A stretch of 64,000 nt of DNA from an uncultured Acidobacteriota bacterium (GTDB lineage Bacteria; Acidobacteriota; UBA6911), in the NCBI GenBank assembly GCA_963827655.1, contig CAWHCF010000049.1, forward strand, positions 32,001-96,000, written 5' to 3'. Below, one piece after another: positions 19,763 through 29,200 of the stretch (positions are counted from its first letter, which is position 1; the number at the start of each line of letters is the position of its first letter). The position numbers and the translations under genes were made by a program. The notes under the pieces are model-generated. The model was not told the origin of the DNA. It searched no databases and saw nothing but the letters and a program-made list of their open reading frames with translations.

Positions 19763-20212
19763 TCAGGCGGTGCCGATGCTGATAGCACGCGACCTGGCTT
19801 CCGGCTTCTGGAGAATCGTGATGGTCAGAACGCCGTTTTTGTAGGCGGCTTTGATCTGGTCGCCATCAGCGCCGTCGGGCAGCGTAAACGAGCGCGTGAA
19901 AGTGCCGTAGTGACTCTCAACCTGATGGTAGGTAAAGCCATTGGGGTTTTCAGGCTTCCTCTCACCTTTGATCGTGAGAACCCTACCCTCTAGTTTCAGG
20001 TCGATTCCCTTCTCGTCTACTCCTGGAACTTCAATCCGCAGAATTAAATTGCCATCCTTTTCAATCACGTCGACGGGCGGCTTCCAGGTTTCGTCTCTGA
20101 CTGCAGAGGAACGGACGGCCCAGTCGTTGAAGAAGTCTTCAAATAACCTGAACGGGCTCGGGGGATACGATGGTTGAACGTATTCTGTTTTCGTTGAAGC
20201 GGATTCTCTCAT
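19763..20212 (-). CDS. Hsp20/alpha-crystallin small heat shock protein (paralog)
   Basis: PPVDV, EVPGV, YGTFTRSFTLP, AAYKNGVL. Confidence 0.95.
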   Translation of the reverse strand: MRESASTKTEYVQPSYPPSPFRLFEDFFNDWAVRSSAVRDETWKPPVDVIEKDGNLILRIEVPGVDEKGIDLKLEGRVLTIKGERKPENPNGFTYHQVESHYGTFTRSFTLPDGADGDQIKAAYKNGVLTITILQKPEARSRAISIGTA

Positions 20213-20282
20213 TTTCTATTGGTCTCCTGTCCTTTCGATACTCCGAAGCTGGATTTACTTCCCAAACTTTATGACAACCACA

Positions 20283-20312
20283 TTAATAAAATCTGAGCAA
20301 AGCATTGTCAAA
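20283..20312 (-). promoter_or_regulatory. Sigma70 promoter overlapping a HAIR-like operator
   Basis: Minus strand TTGACA-17-TATTAA; plus strand TCTGAGC-N7-TGTCAAA. Confidence 0.55.
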
Positions 20313-20460
20313 TCACTTCCCAGGTTTTTCTTTACCCGGGCGAAGCTGTTACTGGCTGTTTCGCGACGGCGGCAGGCAGGCTGCTCTTAGCTTAACGCTT
20401 GTAGAGCCTTTAACTTAGCGAGAGCTTACCCTTACCAACCCGGGAGATGCGGCCAGAAGG

Positions 20461-22509
20461 CTAAATCGAAAGTTTCCTTAGAGAACGGCGGACAAGCAGG
20501 ATGCAGAGCACGGAGAACATGATGAGGGCGCTCCAGGTGGCGTGTTCTCCGAAGATCTCGAGGATGTTGAGCTGCGAGCCCAGGGCCCCGGCCCATGCGG
20601 TGAATGCCTGTGCCCAACCCCAGTCGACCGACGCAAGGGTAGCAATCAAGAGGCCCGCAATCGAACCTCCAGCGACGAGCCCGGTTGAATACAGCATTCC
20701 GGAGGAGACCTCGCTTTCCTCCTGTTTTCCCCGGATCTTGTCACTGAGCCAGCGCATAGACCCGCCCACGAAGATCGGAAAGGTCGTAGAAATGGGAAGG
20801 TAGGCGCCGACCGCCCAGGCCAGACCCGAGACACCGCACAACTGGACCACCAGGGCCAGCGCGGCGCCCACAAAAATAAAGCCCCAGGGGAGATCTTGCG
20901 AGAGAACCCCTTTGATAATCGTGGCCATCAACGTGCCTTGAGGGGCGGGAAGTCTCGACTCCCCGATCGGCCCGTATTCGGAGTTATGCAGACCGATGAG
21001 CGTCAACCCGATCACACTGACTGAAACCACGACGCCGATTATCAGCCCGATTTGCTGTCGAATGGGGGTCGCGCCTACCAGGAAACCGGTCTTTAGATCT
21101 TGTGAGGTGGCGCCCGCATTGGCAGCCGCGATACAGACGATCGCGCCCACGCAGAGCGCGGCTCCCTGATACGCGTCTCCCCCCATTCCGAGAGAAAGGA
21201 AGATCAGGGTCGTACCGAGCAGCGTCGCGATTGTCATTCCAGAGATAGGATTCGAGGAGCTCCCTATGAGCCCTACAATCCTGGAGGATACGGCGACGAA
21301 AAAGAAACCAAAGACGAGAATAAGCAGGGCGGTAAGGACATTTCCCGGGAAGACACCGGTGGGTAGATTGGGCAGAAGAGCGATGATAAGCGCGAGCACA
21401 ACCGATCCGGCCAGAACCCAGCTTATCGGCATATCTCTTTCGGTTCGCTTCAGCGCCACGGTCTCACCCGGCTTGGCAGCGCTGAGGTCCCGGATCGAGC
21501 CCCGGACCGAAGAGACGATCGTCGGCAGCGTCCGGATCAGCGTGCTCAGCCCTGCCATGGTCACGGCGCCGGCTCCGATGTATCGGACGTAGGCCCGGTA
21601 GAACCACTCGGCAGGTAAATGGGTATCGATCCACTGCTGGGTGAAGCCCAGTTTCTTGAGATCGGCGTGGACGGTCGCGTCGCTGACGAACATCGATAAC
21701 AAGGGAATCAGGCCAATCCAGGCAAGGACCGAGCCAGAAACCATGATGCCGGCGATCTGAGGGCCGATGATGTAGCCGACCCCAAGATACTCCGGGGTTA
21801 CTTCGGAGGTTAAAGTTGCGTTCTTGAAGGCGGCGTTCGGACCGGTTCTGAACTGGAATGTCTCGCGCCAGAATCTTCCGATCTTCTGAAAGATCGAGTA
21901 GAAGAGCGCAATCCAAAAGCCGGCGAATACGGTCCGCGCCATTTCGCCGCCACGCTCCCCGGCCACGAGCACCTCGGCGCAAGCGGTTCCCTCCGGGTAG
22001 GGGAGTTTCCCGTGTTCCCGAACGATCAGCGCACGACGCATCGGGACCATCAGCAACACTCCCAGGATGCCTCCCACCGCAGCCAGGGTCATGATTTGCA
22101 GGTAATTGAAGTATTCCCGGCCCCCGGCGATAAAGAGAAACGCGGGTGTGGTAAAAACCACGCCGGCTGCGATCGACTCCCCCGCGGAGCCTATCGTCTG
22201 CACGATATTGTTTTCCAGAATGGTGGATCGGCCGATTTTCTTGAAAACCGCGATCGACAGAACCGCGATTGGAATCGAGGCGGAGACGGTCAGCCCTGCG
22301 CGCAGGGCGAGGTAAACGGTGACGGCGCCGAAGAGCAGGCCGAAGAAGGATCCCAGGACGACGGCTTTGAGGGTGAATTCAGGGACTTCCTGTTCCGGGG
22401 GTATGTAAGGGCGGTGCTCGGCGGCTTCTCCTTTTTCCTGGATCTCGACTGGGTGTGCCAACGCTTGCTCCTTGGGATCGGGACCTGATGACGGCGGCGA
22501 TCCTAGCAC
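20461..22509 (-). CDS. OPT family oligopeptide transporter
   Basis: [52 protein letters not shown]; start uncertain. Confidence 0.93.
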   Translation of the reverse strand: MLGSPPSSGPDPKEQALAHPVEIQEKGEAAEHRPYIPPEQEVPEFTLKAVVLGSFFGLLFGAVTVYLALRAGLTVSASIPIAVLSIAVFKKIGRSTILENNIVQTIGSAGESIAAGVVFTTPAFLFIAGGREYFNYLQIMTLAAVGGILGVLLMVPMRRALIVREHGKLPYPEGTACAEVLVAGERGGEMARTVFAGFWIALFYSIFQKIGRFWRETFQFRTGPNAAFKNATLTSEVTPEYLGVGYIIGPQIAGIMVSGSVLAWIGLIPLLSMFVSDATVHADLKKLGFTQQWIDTHLPAEWFYRAYVRYIGAGAVTMAGLSTLIRTLPTIVSSVRGSIRDLSAAKPGETVALKRTERDMPISWVLAGSVVLALIIALLPNLPTGVFPGNVLTALLILVFGFFFVAVSSRIVGLIGSSSNPISGMTIATLLGTTLIFLSLGMGGDAYQGAALCVGAIVCIAAANAGATSQDLKTGFLVGATPIRQQIGLIIGVVVSVSVIGLTLIGLHNSEYGPIGESRLPAPQGTLMATIIKGVLSQDLPWGFIFVGAALALVVQLCGVSGLAWAVGAYLPISTTFPIFVGGSMRWLSDKIRGKQEESEVSSGMLYSTGLVAGGSIAGLLIATLASVDWGWAQAFTAWAGALGSQLNILEIFGEHATWSALIMFSVLCILLVRRSLRKLSI

Positions 22510-22546
22510 AAATGCAAGTGGTTACCAAGGCTTGGATCCTTGACAA

Positions 22547-22586
22547 AAATACCACTAAGACTCAAAGACACGAAGAAACACCAAGG
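22547..22586 (+). repeat. Octamer-family repeat arm at the left edge of the channel locus
   Basis: AAATACCACTAAGACTCAAAGACACGAAGAAACACCAAG. Confidence 0.85.
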
Positions 22587-22594
22587 CTCGGGCG

Positions 22595-23855
22595 CTATGT
22601 GCTCTGGGCCCGGCTCCGTGTCTTTAACGCCTGATTCTCGAGCGAGAGGTCGGCGATGAGAATCTTCAGCCGGTAGTTCTCCTCTGCGAGTTGCTCGGTC
22701 GGCGGGCCGCCGGCTGCCCGATCTGCGCCTGGCGGGCGGTAGCTTACCGCCAGGTCGTTCAAGGCGCCCACGAGCGTGCCGATTTCGTCGGTCGAGGGCG
22801 TTCCGACCGGGCCGCTACGTTCACCGGTTGTGAGGCCGCGAACGGCAGAAGTCAGCGTCCGCAGACGTGTCACAGAAATGTGCCCAATCCAGAGTGAGAT
22901 GAAGATCCCGATGAGCGAAATTGAAATCACCCACCCCAGAGCCCAGTTGCGTTCGCTGGAGCTCTGCATCGATTCGTTGCTTGAGCAAGTCGTCGAGAAG
23001 CGAGACCGTTATGTCGTACAACTTGAAGGTGCGGGTCTGGGCTTCTTCGAGCGCGCTTTGGAGCGCGCTCGCGTTCGCGTTTCGATCAGTCCCGAGGACT
23101 GCATGGTCGAACAGTGCCAGCAACTGATCCGCCGATCGCTCGAACTGTTGGCGTGGTTGTTCCAGCGTGAGCTTCAACTTCGGATTGAAGTCAGTGGCGA
23201 CGCCCAGGTCCGACTTCACGGCTTGAATGTCAGCCTTCAGGAGCGTCAGCGTTGCCACCAACTCGTCACGGTTGCGCTCGGGCATCGGAGCGTTCGCGGC
23301 CAACCCTGGAGTTTGATCGATCAGCCGGTTCAAAAGATCGCTTTCGTTCTCGAGCTTCACCACGGAAGCGTCCATGAGGTAGTAGCTGTCCAGCACAGGG
23401 TCGAGGATCAGGCCGCTGGTGTCAATGACGAGGGCATGGAGAGATCTCAGGCTGCCGTCGATTTTGGCCTCCAGCTCAGCCGCGCCCGGCTCTGCCGCGC
23501 GCTCCTTCAACTGCTGCCACATTTTCTTGAGCTTGACGAAATCGTCAGTCGTGCCGAGCTGCGACCCGAGCTGAAGGTCGAGCTCGTCGAGTCGCGTCAT
23601 GGCCAGGTCGATGGCGACGCGCTTCTCAGCCAGCGCCTCCGATCCCGCGCCGCCTGCCTTGAGCCGCCGCGCCTCCGTAGCGAGCGCGCGAACCTGCCTC
23701 AGCGGACCGAGGTACGTGAGTCCGGTTCGCTCCTTGGCTGCAATCGAGATCGGCTCGCGCTTGTCAGCCGCCAGGAAGAACAGAGCAAGAATGTTCGCCG
23801 TAACCAGCACGGCGAACGCGACAAGCAACTTTTCCCAAATCTTCAAATGTATCAT
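22595..23855 (-). CDS. Chemoreceptor-like membrane sensor: TM1, helical periplasmic domain, TM2, HAMP, C-terminal coiled coil; frameshift near 22950
   Basis: AAGGAG RBS; LKIWEKL-TM1; KERTGLTYLGPL and SGLILDPVLDSYYLMD periplasmic motifs; frame switch to TM2 (WALGWVISISLIGIFISLWI) and HAMP (STDEIGTLVGALNDL); tail EENYRLKILIADLSLENQALK. Confidence 0.72.
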
Positions 23856-23917
23856 CGGCGGGTACTCCTTACGGCAGTTGATAAAACCGCAACGTCCGTG
23901 TTACAAACGGACTGTCT

Positions 23918-24742
23918 GTGGACATCATCTGGCTCTATCAGATTCCAAACTGGCTGCTGTGCCTCCTGGTCGTGGGCGTATTCACGACTGTCTCCCTCGT
24001 TGGCCTTAAGCTCACGCGGCCCTGGGTAAGTTCCTTCAAGACGCACCACAACGATATCGTGGCTTCCTTTGCGGCCTCGGTGGGCGTCCTGTACGCCGTG
24101 CTGCTCGCGATGATTGCCGTCGCGGCCTGGACGAATTACACGACCGTTGATTCATTGGCGGCCCAGGAAGCCGATCTGGTTCATTCGCTCTTTCGCGACA
24201 TCGAGGCGTACCCGCAATTCGAGCGCGATGAACTGCGGGGCCTGCTGCGAGAGTATGTCGACACCGTGATTCATACCGAGTGGCCGGCTCTCCAGAACGG
24301 ATCGACCGACAGGCGCGCCGCACTGGTCGTGGATTCTATCTTTTCGGGGTGGATCAAGTTGGATCCGAGGACCGAAGCCCAGAAAATCGTCAACGCTGAG
24401 ACTCTGGCGCGGCTCAATTTGTTCCAGAGCGTGCGGCAGAGCCGCCTCCAGACGGGCGGCAATGGCCTCGATGCGGTCCTGTGGGTCGTCGTGCTGGCCG
24501 GAGCCATGATGAGCATCGGCATTTGTTACCTGTTCTGGGTGGAGAACAAGCTGCTCCACCAGGTCATGATTGCCATCCTCGGTGTGATGATCGGCGTCGT
24601 GGTCTATCTCATCCTGGCGCTGGATCATCCGATGTGGGGCGCGATCACCATCCGGCCCACGGCATTCGAAGCGGTGGCGGATTCGATGGACCGGGTCTTA
24701 CACCCGCTGACGCCTGGCGAGCGGCGCGTCTCACAACGCTAA
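23918..24742 (+). CDS. DUF4239 (bestrophin-like) four-TM membrane protein
   Basis: 2 TM, soluble helical region (EA..., LREY...VI..EWP, R.SRL), 2 TM, ending LDHPMWGAITIRP..F, which matches my recollection of DUF4239. Confidence 0.78.
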   Translation: MDIIWLYQIPNWLLCLLVVGVFTTVSLVGLKLTRPWVSSFKTHHNDIVASFAASVGVLYAVLLAMIAVAAWTNYTTVDSLAAQEADLVHSLFRDIEAYPQFERDELRGLLREYVDTVIHTEWPALQNGSTDRRAALVVDSIFSGWIKLDPRTEAQKIVNAETLARLNLFQSVRQSRLQTGGNGLDAVLWVVVLAGAMMSIGICYLFWVENKLLHQVMIAILGVMIGVVVYLILALDHPMWGAITIRPTAFEAVADSMDRVLHPLTPGERRVSQR

Positions 24743-24789
24743 GGCTCGTCCGTGCGCTTGATCCATCGGTGGATTTCACGACCATCCAC

Positions 24790-25818
24790 TCAACGGTCCG
24801 TCAGAAAGAAAAGCGCCGTGAGCAGCAGCACCGAAACAACGGCGACCGCCGGGAACACCATCCGCGCAGCCCGGGACAGCCATTCCGCCCTATCCGTGTC
24901 GCCACGGCGGACGCTGCCGTGTGCCAGGATGGTCTCCACCATCACCAGAAAGATGAGACCGTACGACGCCAGACAGACGCCATCCATGAAGGTCATGTAG
25001 GAGACACGCGGCCGATTGCCGGCAATCACGAGGCTGAACGCGATTGCGGTCAGCATCGCGGTGAGACCGATGTTCATGCGGGTCTGCAAATCCGCCGGCG
25101 TCACCCAGAACGAAGTCCACGACAGCGCCGTGATCAGGGCAATCGGCAGGAACACGTTCCAAAGGTAGTACCCCACCTTCCGGCGAACGCGGATCTCGAA
25201 GGAGTATCGGGAGTAGGGGCGCCGGTCCGGATTGTGGTCGTCCATGTCGAATCGGTCACTCGCGTCGAGGATGTCCCAGTCAGGCAGAAACGCCGACGGG
25301 CTCCGCATCTCACGGCCGGCTCGCGGGACGAACACGAGCTCATCCTGGCCGAACCGAAAAGACTCGATCTGCAGCGGCAGCGTCTGCTCGTCGAACGGAA
25401 AGCGGCGCAGGTTCAATTCGGCAGCCAGATCGACCGTGAATCGCTCCTCATATTTTACGCGCCCTTCCGGGTCGAGGGTGATCTGGGCATTGGCAATCTG
25501 CCGGGGCGAGTGCTGATTCATCAACTCGATGTTCGGCGACCAGATCTGACCCAGCGTCACCCCTGCTCGATCCAGCGCCGGTGCCGCCTGCAGGCTGAGT
25601 CGAGGATCTCTCCATTCGAGCGTCAGGTAGCCGTCCATCGTGTAGATAAGGTTCTCTTCATCGACCCGAACGAAGTCGATCAGGTATGCGGCAATTTCCA
25701 CACGCACGGGCCGTTCGTTCGGCAGGTCTCGCAGGCCCGAGTGGCTGCTGGTCTGGGCTGAGCCTGCCCAGGAGACCGTCACGACCAGAAACAGGACCAT
25801 GGAAACCCGTCGACCCAT
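24790..25818 (-). CDS. Prokaryotic pentameric ligand-gated ion channel subunit B (Pro-loop, ELIC/GLIC-like)
   Basis: Signal peptide; W.DPRL, IWSPNIELMN, LNLRRFPFDEQTL, RRKVGYYLWNVFLP, M2 RMNIGLTAMLTAIAF, RPRVSYMTFMD, 4 TMs; GGAGAG RBS. Confidence 0.93.
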   Translation of the reverse strand: MGRRVSMVLFLVVTVSWAGSAQTSSHSGLRDLPNERPVRVEIAAYLIDFVRVDEENLIYTMDGYLTLEWRDPRLSLQAAPALDRAGVTLGQIWSPNIELMNQHSPRQIANAQITLDPEGRVKYEERFTVDLAAELNLRRFPFDEQTLPLQIESFRFGQDELVFVPRAGREMRSPSAFLPDWDILDASDRFDMDDHNPDRRPYSRYSFEIRVRRKVGYYLWNVFLPIALITALSWTSFWVTPADLQTRMNIGLTAMLTAIAFSLVIAGNRPRVSYMTFMDGVCLASYGLIFLVMVETILAHGSVRRGDTDRAEWLSRAARMVFPAVAVVSVLLLTALFFLTDR

Positions 25819-25868
25819 ATGCTCTCCACCATTCCCGCAGGCGCCTGGGACCATTCTGTCACCGCGTT

Positions 25869-26876
25869 TCAGGTGAGGAAAATACCGGCGATCACGAGGT
25901 TCGATAGCAAGAACACGAGTGGAAACGCCCACAGGCATATTCTTGACATCGCCTCGGCCCGGTCAGGTGATCCCGATCGGCGGATGAGAACGTGTCCAAA
26001 CACGGATCCGGCGGCGGCGAGAAAGATGACCGCGTAGGCGCTGAGAAAAACTGCGTCCATGAACGTGATGTAGGAGACGCGCGGCCGCGAGTCGGCGATC
26101 ACGAGGCTGAACGCGATGGCGGTCAGGAGCGCCGTGATGGAGATGCCGGTTCGAGTCGAGATGTCCTCGGGGGCGATCCAGAAGACCGACCAGGCGAGCA
26201 CGGCGATCAGCAGGAGCGGCAGGCAGATGTTCCACAGGTAGAAGCCGGCCTTGCGCTGCACCCGGATTTCGAAATTGTACCGCGAGTAAGGCCGCCGCTC
26301 GGGATTGTAATCGTCGACATCCATCCGCTGGGATGCCCCGAGGATATGCCATTCCGCGAGAAACGCGCGCGGACTGACAAGCTCTTGTCCTTGAATGGGC
26401 GTCAGGACGAGCGCGGACCGATCATAGCGAAACGATTCGATCGAGAGCGGCAGCGTCTGCGAGTCGAACGGGAACCGCCGCAGGTCGAGTTCGGCGGCGA
26501 GCCTGGCCGTGAACCGCTCCTCGTACTTCACCCGTCCGTCATCGTCGATCGTGATCTGCGAGTTGGTCGTCTGTCGCGGTTCGTGCTCGTTCGCGAACTC
26601 GAGGTTGGGCCACCAGATCTGATCGACGGTCACCGCGGCGCGATCCAGATCCGGCGCAGAACCCTTGACCAGACGCGGGTCGTGCCAGGTCGCGGTAAGG
26701 TACGCGCTGACCGTGTAGGTCAACGTCTCTTCGGCGATTTCCTCGAAGTCGATCAGGTACGCGCCTACGCTGACCTCTACGTGATTGCCGGGTGGGAAAG
26801 ATTTAAAGCTCTGGGCCCACGCCTTGGTGCAGGCGACTAGGGCCAGTGCGGTCATGACCGCAGCTACACGAATCAT
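25869..26876 (-). CDS. Prokaryotic pentameric ligand-gated ion channel subunit A (Pro-loop, ELIC/GLIC-like)
   Basis: Signal peptide; WHDPRL, IWWPNLEFAN, LDLRRFPFDSQTL, QRKAGFYLWNICLP, M2 RTGISITALLTAIAF, RPRVSYITFMD, 4 TMs. Confidence 0.93.
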   Translation of the reverse strand: MIRVAAVMTALALVACTKAWAQSFKSFPPGNHVEVSVGAYLIDFEEIAEETLTYTVSAYLTATWHDPRLVKGSAPDLDRAAVTVDQIWWPNLEFANEHEPRQTTNSQITIDDDGRVKYEERFTARLAAELDLRRFPFDSQTLPLSIESFRYDRSALVLTPIQGQELVSPRAFLAEWHILGASQRMDVDDYNPERRPYSRYNFEIRVQRKAGFYLWNICLPLLLIAVLAWSVFWIAPEDISTRTGISITALLTAIAFSLVIADSRPRVSYITFMDAVFLSAYAVIFLAAAGSVFGHVLIRRSGSPDRAEAMSRICLWAFPLVFLLSNLVIAGIFLT

Positions 26877-27294
26877 GTCGGGCCTCAGGCGGGTCGATTG
26901 CGGCCAGGATCCTTATCCGCCCGAGCCGGGGGTTACTCGAGGAGAATTCACGGCATAGACGCTGGGCGGCAACTCCGCCCAGGAATCGTCGCGCTGCCGT
27001 GGGCCGCCAGGTTGCTCCTTACTTCCGCCAATTTGCGGGAAGTGTGGTTATTGTATTTGCGCGTCAACTGTTCCGGAGTTCCTACAGGCGCCGGATTCTA
27101 CACCAAGAAGATGCAAAAAGTCGCCACTGGTGTTCATCAACTTAAACCCGGCAATGCTGTCCTTGTAGGTTCGTGGTAGTGCTGCCGAGCAAAGCCAGCT
27201 TGAAGACGCTATGTCTCGAAGTTAACCCGACTCGCCGAATACAAGCCTATTGCCGGCTATTCGAGCTTTGCGGTAATAATGGGTCTTCAAGATC

Positions 27295-28953
27295 ATGAAA
27301 CTCGACCTCTCCTACAAGAACTGTACCGTGGGCAATCTCCTTACCGAGCTGGCGCACCGGTTGCCGGACCACGAAGCCCTGGTCTATCCTTACAGGAATC
27401 TACGTTGGAACTTTGCCCGGCTCGAAGAGGAGGCCGTCCGGGCGGCGCAGAGCCTGCTGGCGCTGGGTATTGAAAAGGGAGATCGAGTCGCGATCTGGGC
27501 TACGAATACTCCGGAGTGGATCGTGCTCCAGTTCGCCCTGGCCAAGATCGGCGCCATCCTGGTCACGGTCAACACTGCGCTAGGACGGCGAGAGATCGAA
27601 TACCTGCTCGCCCAGTCTGAAACCAGCACGCTTTTCCTGATTTCGGGCTTTCGCGATGTCAACTATCTCGCGACTCTGCGCGAGATCGCTCCCGAGTTGC
27701 CGCATCAAGCATTTGGCGCCTTGCGCTCGAAGAACCTGCCCTTCCTGCGGCGTGTGATCTACCTCGGAGAGGAAACCCAGCCTGGCATGCTTCGTTATTC
27801 CGATCTTCTCGAACTTGCCGGCCGTGTGGCGCCGGGAGAATTGTCTCGGCGCGAGGCGATGCTCGACGTCGACGAAGTGATCAATATGCAGTACACCTCA
27901 GGGACCACCGGGTTTCCCAAAGGAGTCATGCTCAGCCATCGCAACATTCTCAACAACGGCTCCTATCTCGGGGATGGCTTGGGTTATACGCCGTCGGACC
28001 GTCTCTGTCTTCCGGTGCCGCTATTTCACTGCTTCGGTTGCGTCATTGGCGTGCTGGGAGCCTACACCCACGGAACCACATTGATTCCCCTCGAATTCTT
28101 TGATCCGCGGCAAGTGCTCGAGATTGTCAGTCGCGAGCGGTGTACCGCCATCTATGGCGTGCCGACGATGTTTATTGCCGTGCTCGAGCACCCTGACTTC
28201 CACCAGTACGACCTCTCGAGTCTGCGGACCGGGGTGATGGCCGGCTCTCTTTGTCCGATCGAGTTGATGAAGCAGGCGATCGCCAAGATGCACCTCAGGG
28301 AGCTGACAATTGCTTATGGGTTGACGGAGGCTTCGCCCGGTGTGACCCAAACTTCTCGCTTCGATACCCTTGAGAAACGAACCACGACTGTGGGGCGCGC
28401 GCTGCCGGAGGTAGAAGTGAAGATCGTGGACCCTGGGGACGGCAACACCCTCGAGCCCGGCCAGCAGGGGGAGCTCCTTACCAGGGGATACCACGTGATG
28501 AAGGGATATTACAAGAATGAAGCGGCCACACGAGAGACCATTACTACCGAAGGATGGCTTCGAACCGGCGATCTGGCAAGCATGGACCAGGAGGGGTACT
28601 TCGTCATCACCGGCCGGATCAAGGACATGATCATTCGTGGCGGTGAAAACATCTACCCGAAAGAGATCGAGGAGTATCTTCGAACCCACCCTGCGGTAAG
28701 CGATGTGGCGGTGTATGGCGTACCGAGCGCGCGCTATGGCGAAGAGGTCGCCGCCGCAGTGAAGCTTAAGCCGGGGTTGAAGACGAACGCCGAGGAGCTG
28801 CGTCGCTTCTGTGAGGGAAATCTTTCGAGATTCAAAATTCCAAAGTACATTCAATTCGTAGAAAGCTATCCGCTCACCGCCAGCGGAAAGATTCAGAAGT
28901 TCATCCTTCGGGAGAGAGCCGCTGCAGACTTCGGCCTGGAGAACGTGTCTTAA
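27295..28953 (+). CDS. AMP-binding acyl-CoA synthetase (ACSF2/YngI-like)
   Basis: [42 protein letters not shown]. Confidence 0.95.
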   Translation: MKLDLSYKNCTVGNLLTELAHRLPDHEALVYPYRNLRWNFARLEEEAVRAAQSLLALGIEKGDRVAIWATNTPEWIVLQFALAKIGAILVTVNTALGRREIEYLLAQSETSTLFLISGFRDVNYLATLREIAPELPHQAFGALRSKNLPFLRRVIYLGEETQPGMLRYSDLLELAGRVAPGELSRREAMLDVDEVINMQYTSGTTGFPKGVMLSHRNILNNGSYLGDGLGYTPSDRLCLPVPLFHCFGCVIGVLGAYTHGTTLIPLEFFDPRQVLEIVSRERCTAIYGVPTMFIAVLEHPDFHQYDLSSLRTGVMAGSLCPIELMKQAIAKMHLRELTIAYGLTEASPGVTQTSRFDTLEKRTTTVGRALPEVEVKIVDPGDGNTLEPGQQGELLTRGYHVMKGYYKNEAATRETITTEGWLRTGDLASMDQEGYFVITGRIKDMIIRGGENIYPKEIEEYLRTHPAVSDVAVYGVPSARYGEEVAAAVKLKPGLKTNAEELRRFCEGNLSRFKIPKYIQFVESYPLTASGKIQKFILRERAAADFGLENVS

Positions 28954-28978
28954 AGAATCGTCACTCCAGAGCCAGCGA

Positions 28979-29010
28979 AACAAATACCACCAGGACACGA
29001 AGACACCAAG
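28979..29010 (+). repeat. Octamer-family repeat arm
   Basis: AACAAATACCACCAGGACACGAAGACACCAAG. Confidence 0.75.
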
Positions 29011-29093
29011 GTTCGTTCGGGGACTTCGCCCCGAACGAAAGGCCCCTTGCGAACGACAACATGTTGGTTTGAACGTTTCACCAAGCGTCTAAG
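29007..29093 (+). repeat. About 85-bp dispersed hairpin element, copy 1
   Basis: Near-identical to 47630-47717; perfect stem TTCGTTCGGGG-ACTTCG-CCCCGAACGAA; flanked by C(C/T)AAG. Confidence 0.88.
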
Positions 29094-29200
29094 AACCTAA
29101 GACACGCTGTTCGCATGTCCCCGATCGAGAATGATCCTCCGCTGGCGTGCCTCCGGGACAGAATTAAGGTATCATTACAACTTTTCTAAGGAGCCCCCTG

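Noticed and set aside
22622-22696. IS3 transposase gene
   Set aside because: Only the zipper-like segment matches; no HTH, DDE domain or terminal repeats. Kept as a finding, not as a mobile element.
23893-24754. DUF4239 gene as an invertible segment, since it opposes its three neighbours
   Set aside because: Only 6-8 bp flanking matches (ACGGAC/GTCCGT, CGTCCGTG) and no recombinase nearby; compatible with chance.
27111-27127. Sigma54 promoter for the pLGIC operon (TGGCGACTTTTTGCA, minus strand)
   Set aside because: GG-to-GC spacing is 9 nt rather than the required 10; it would work only if a homopolymer base is missing from the assembly.
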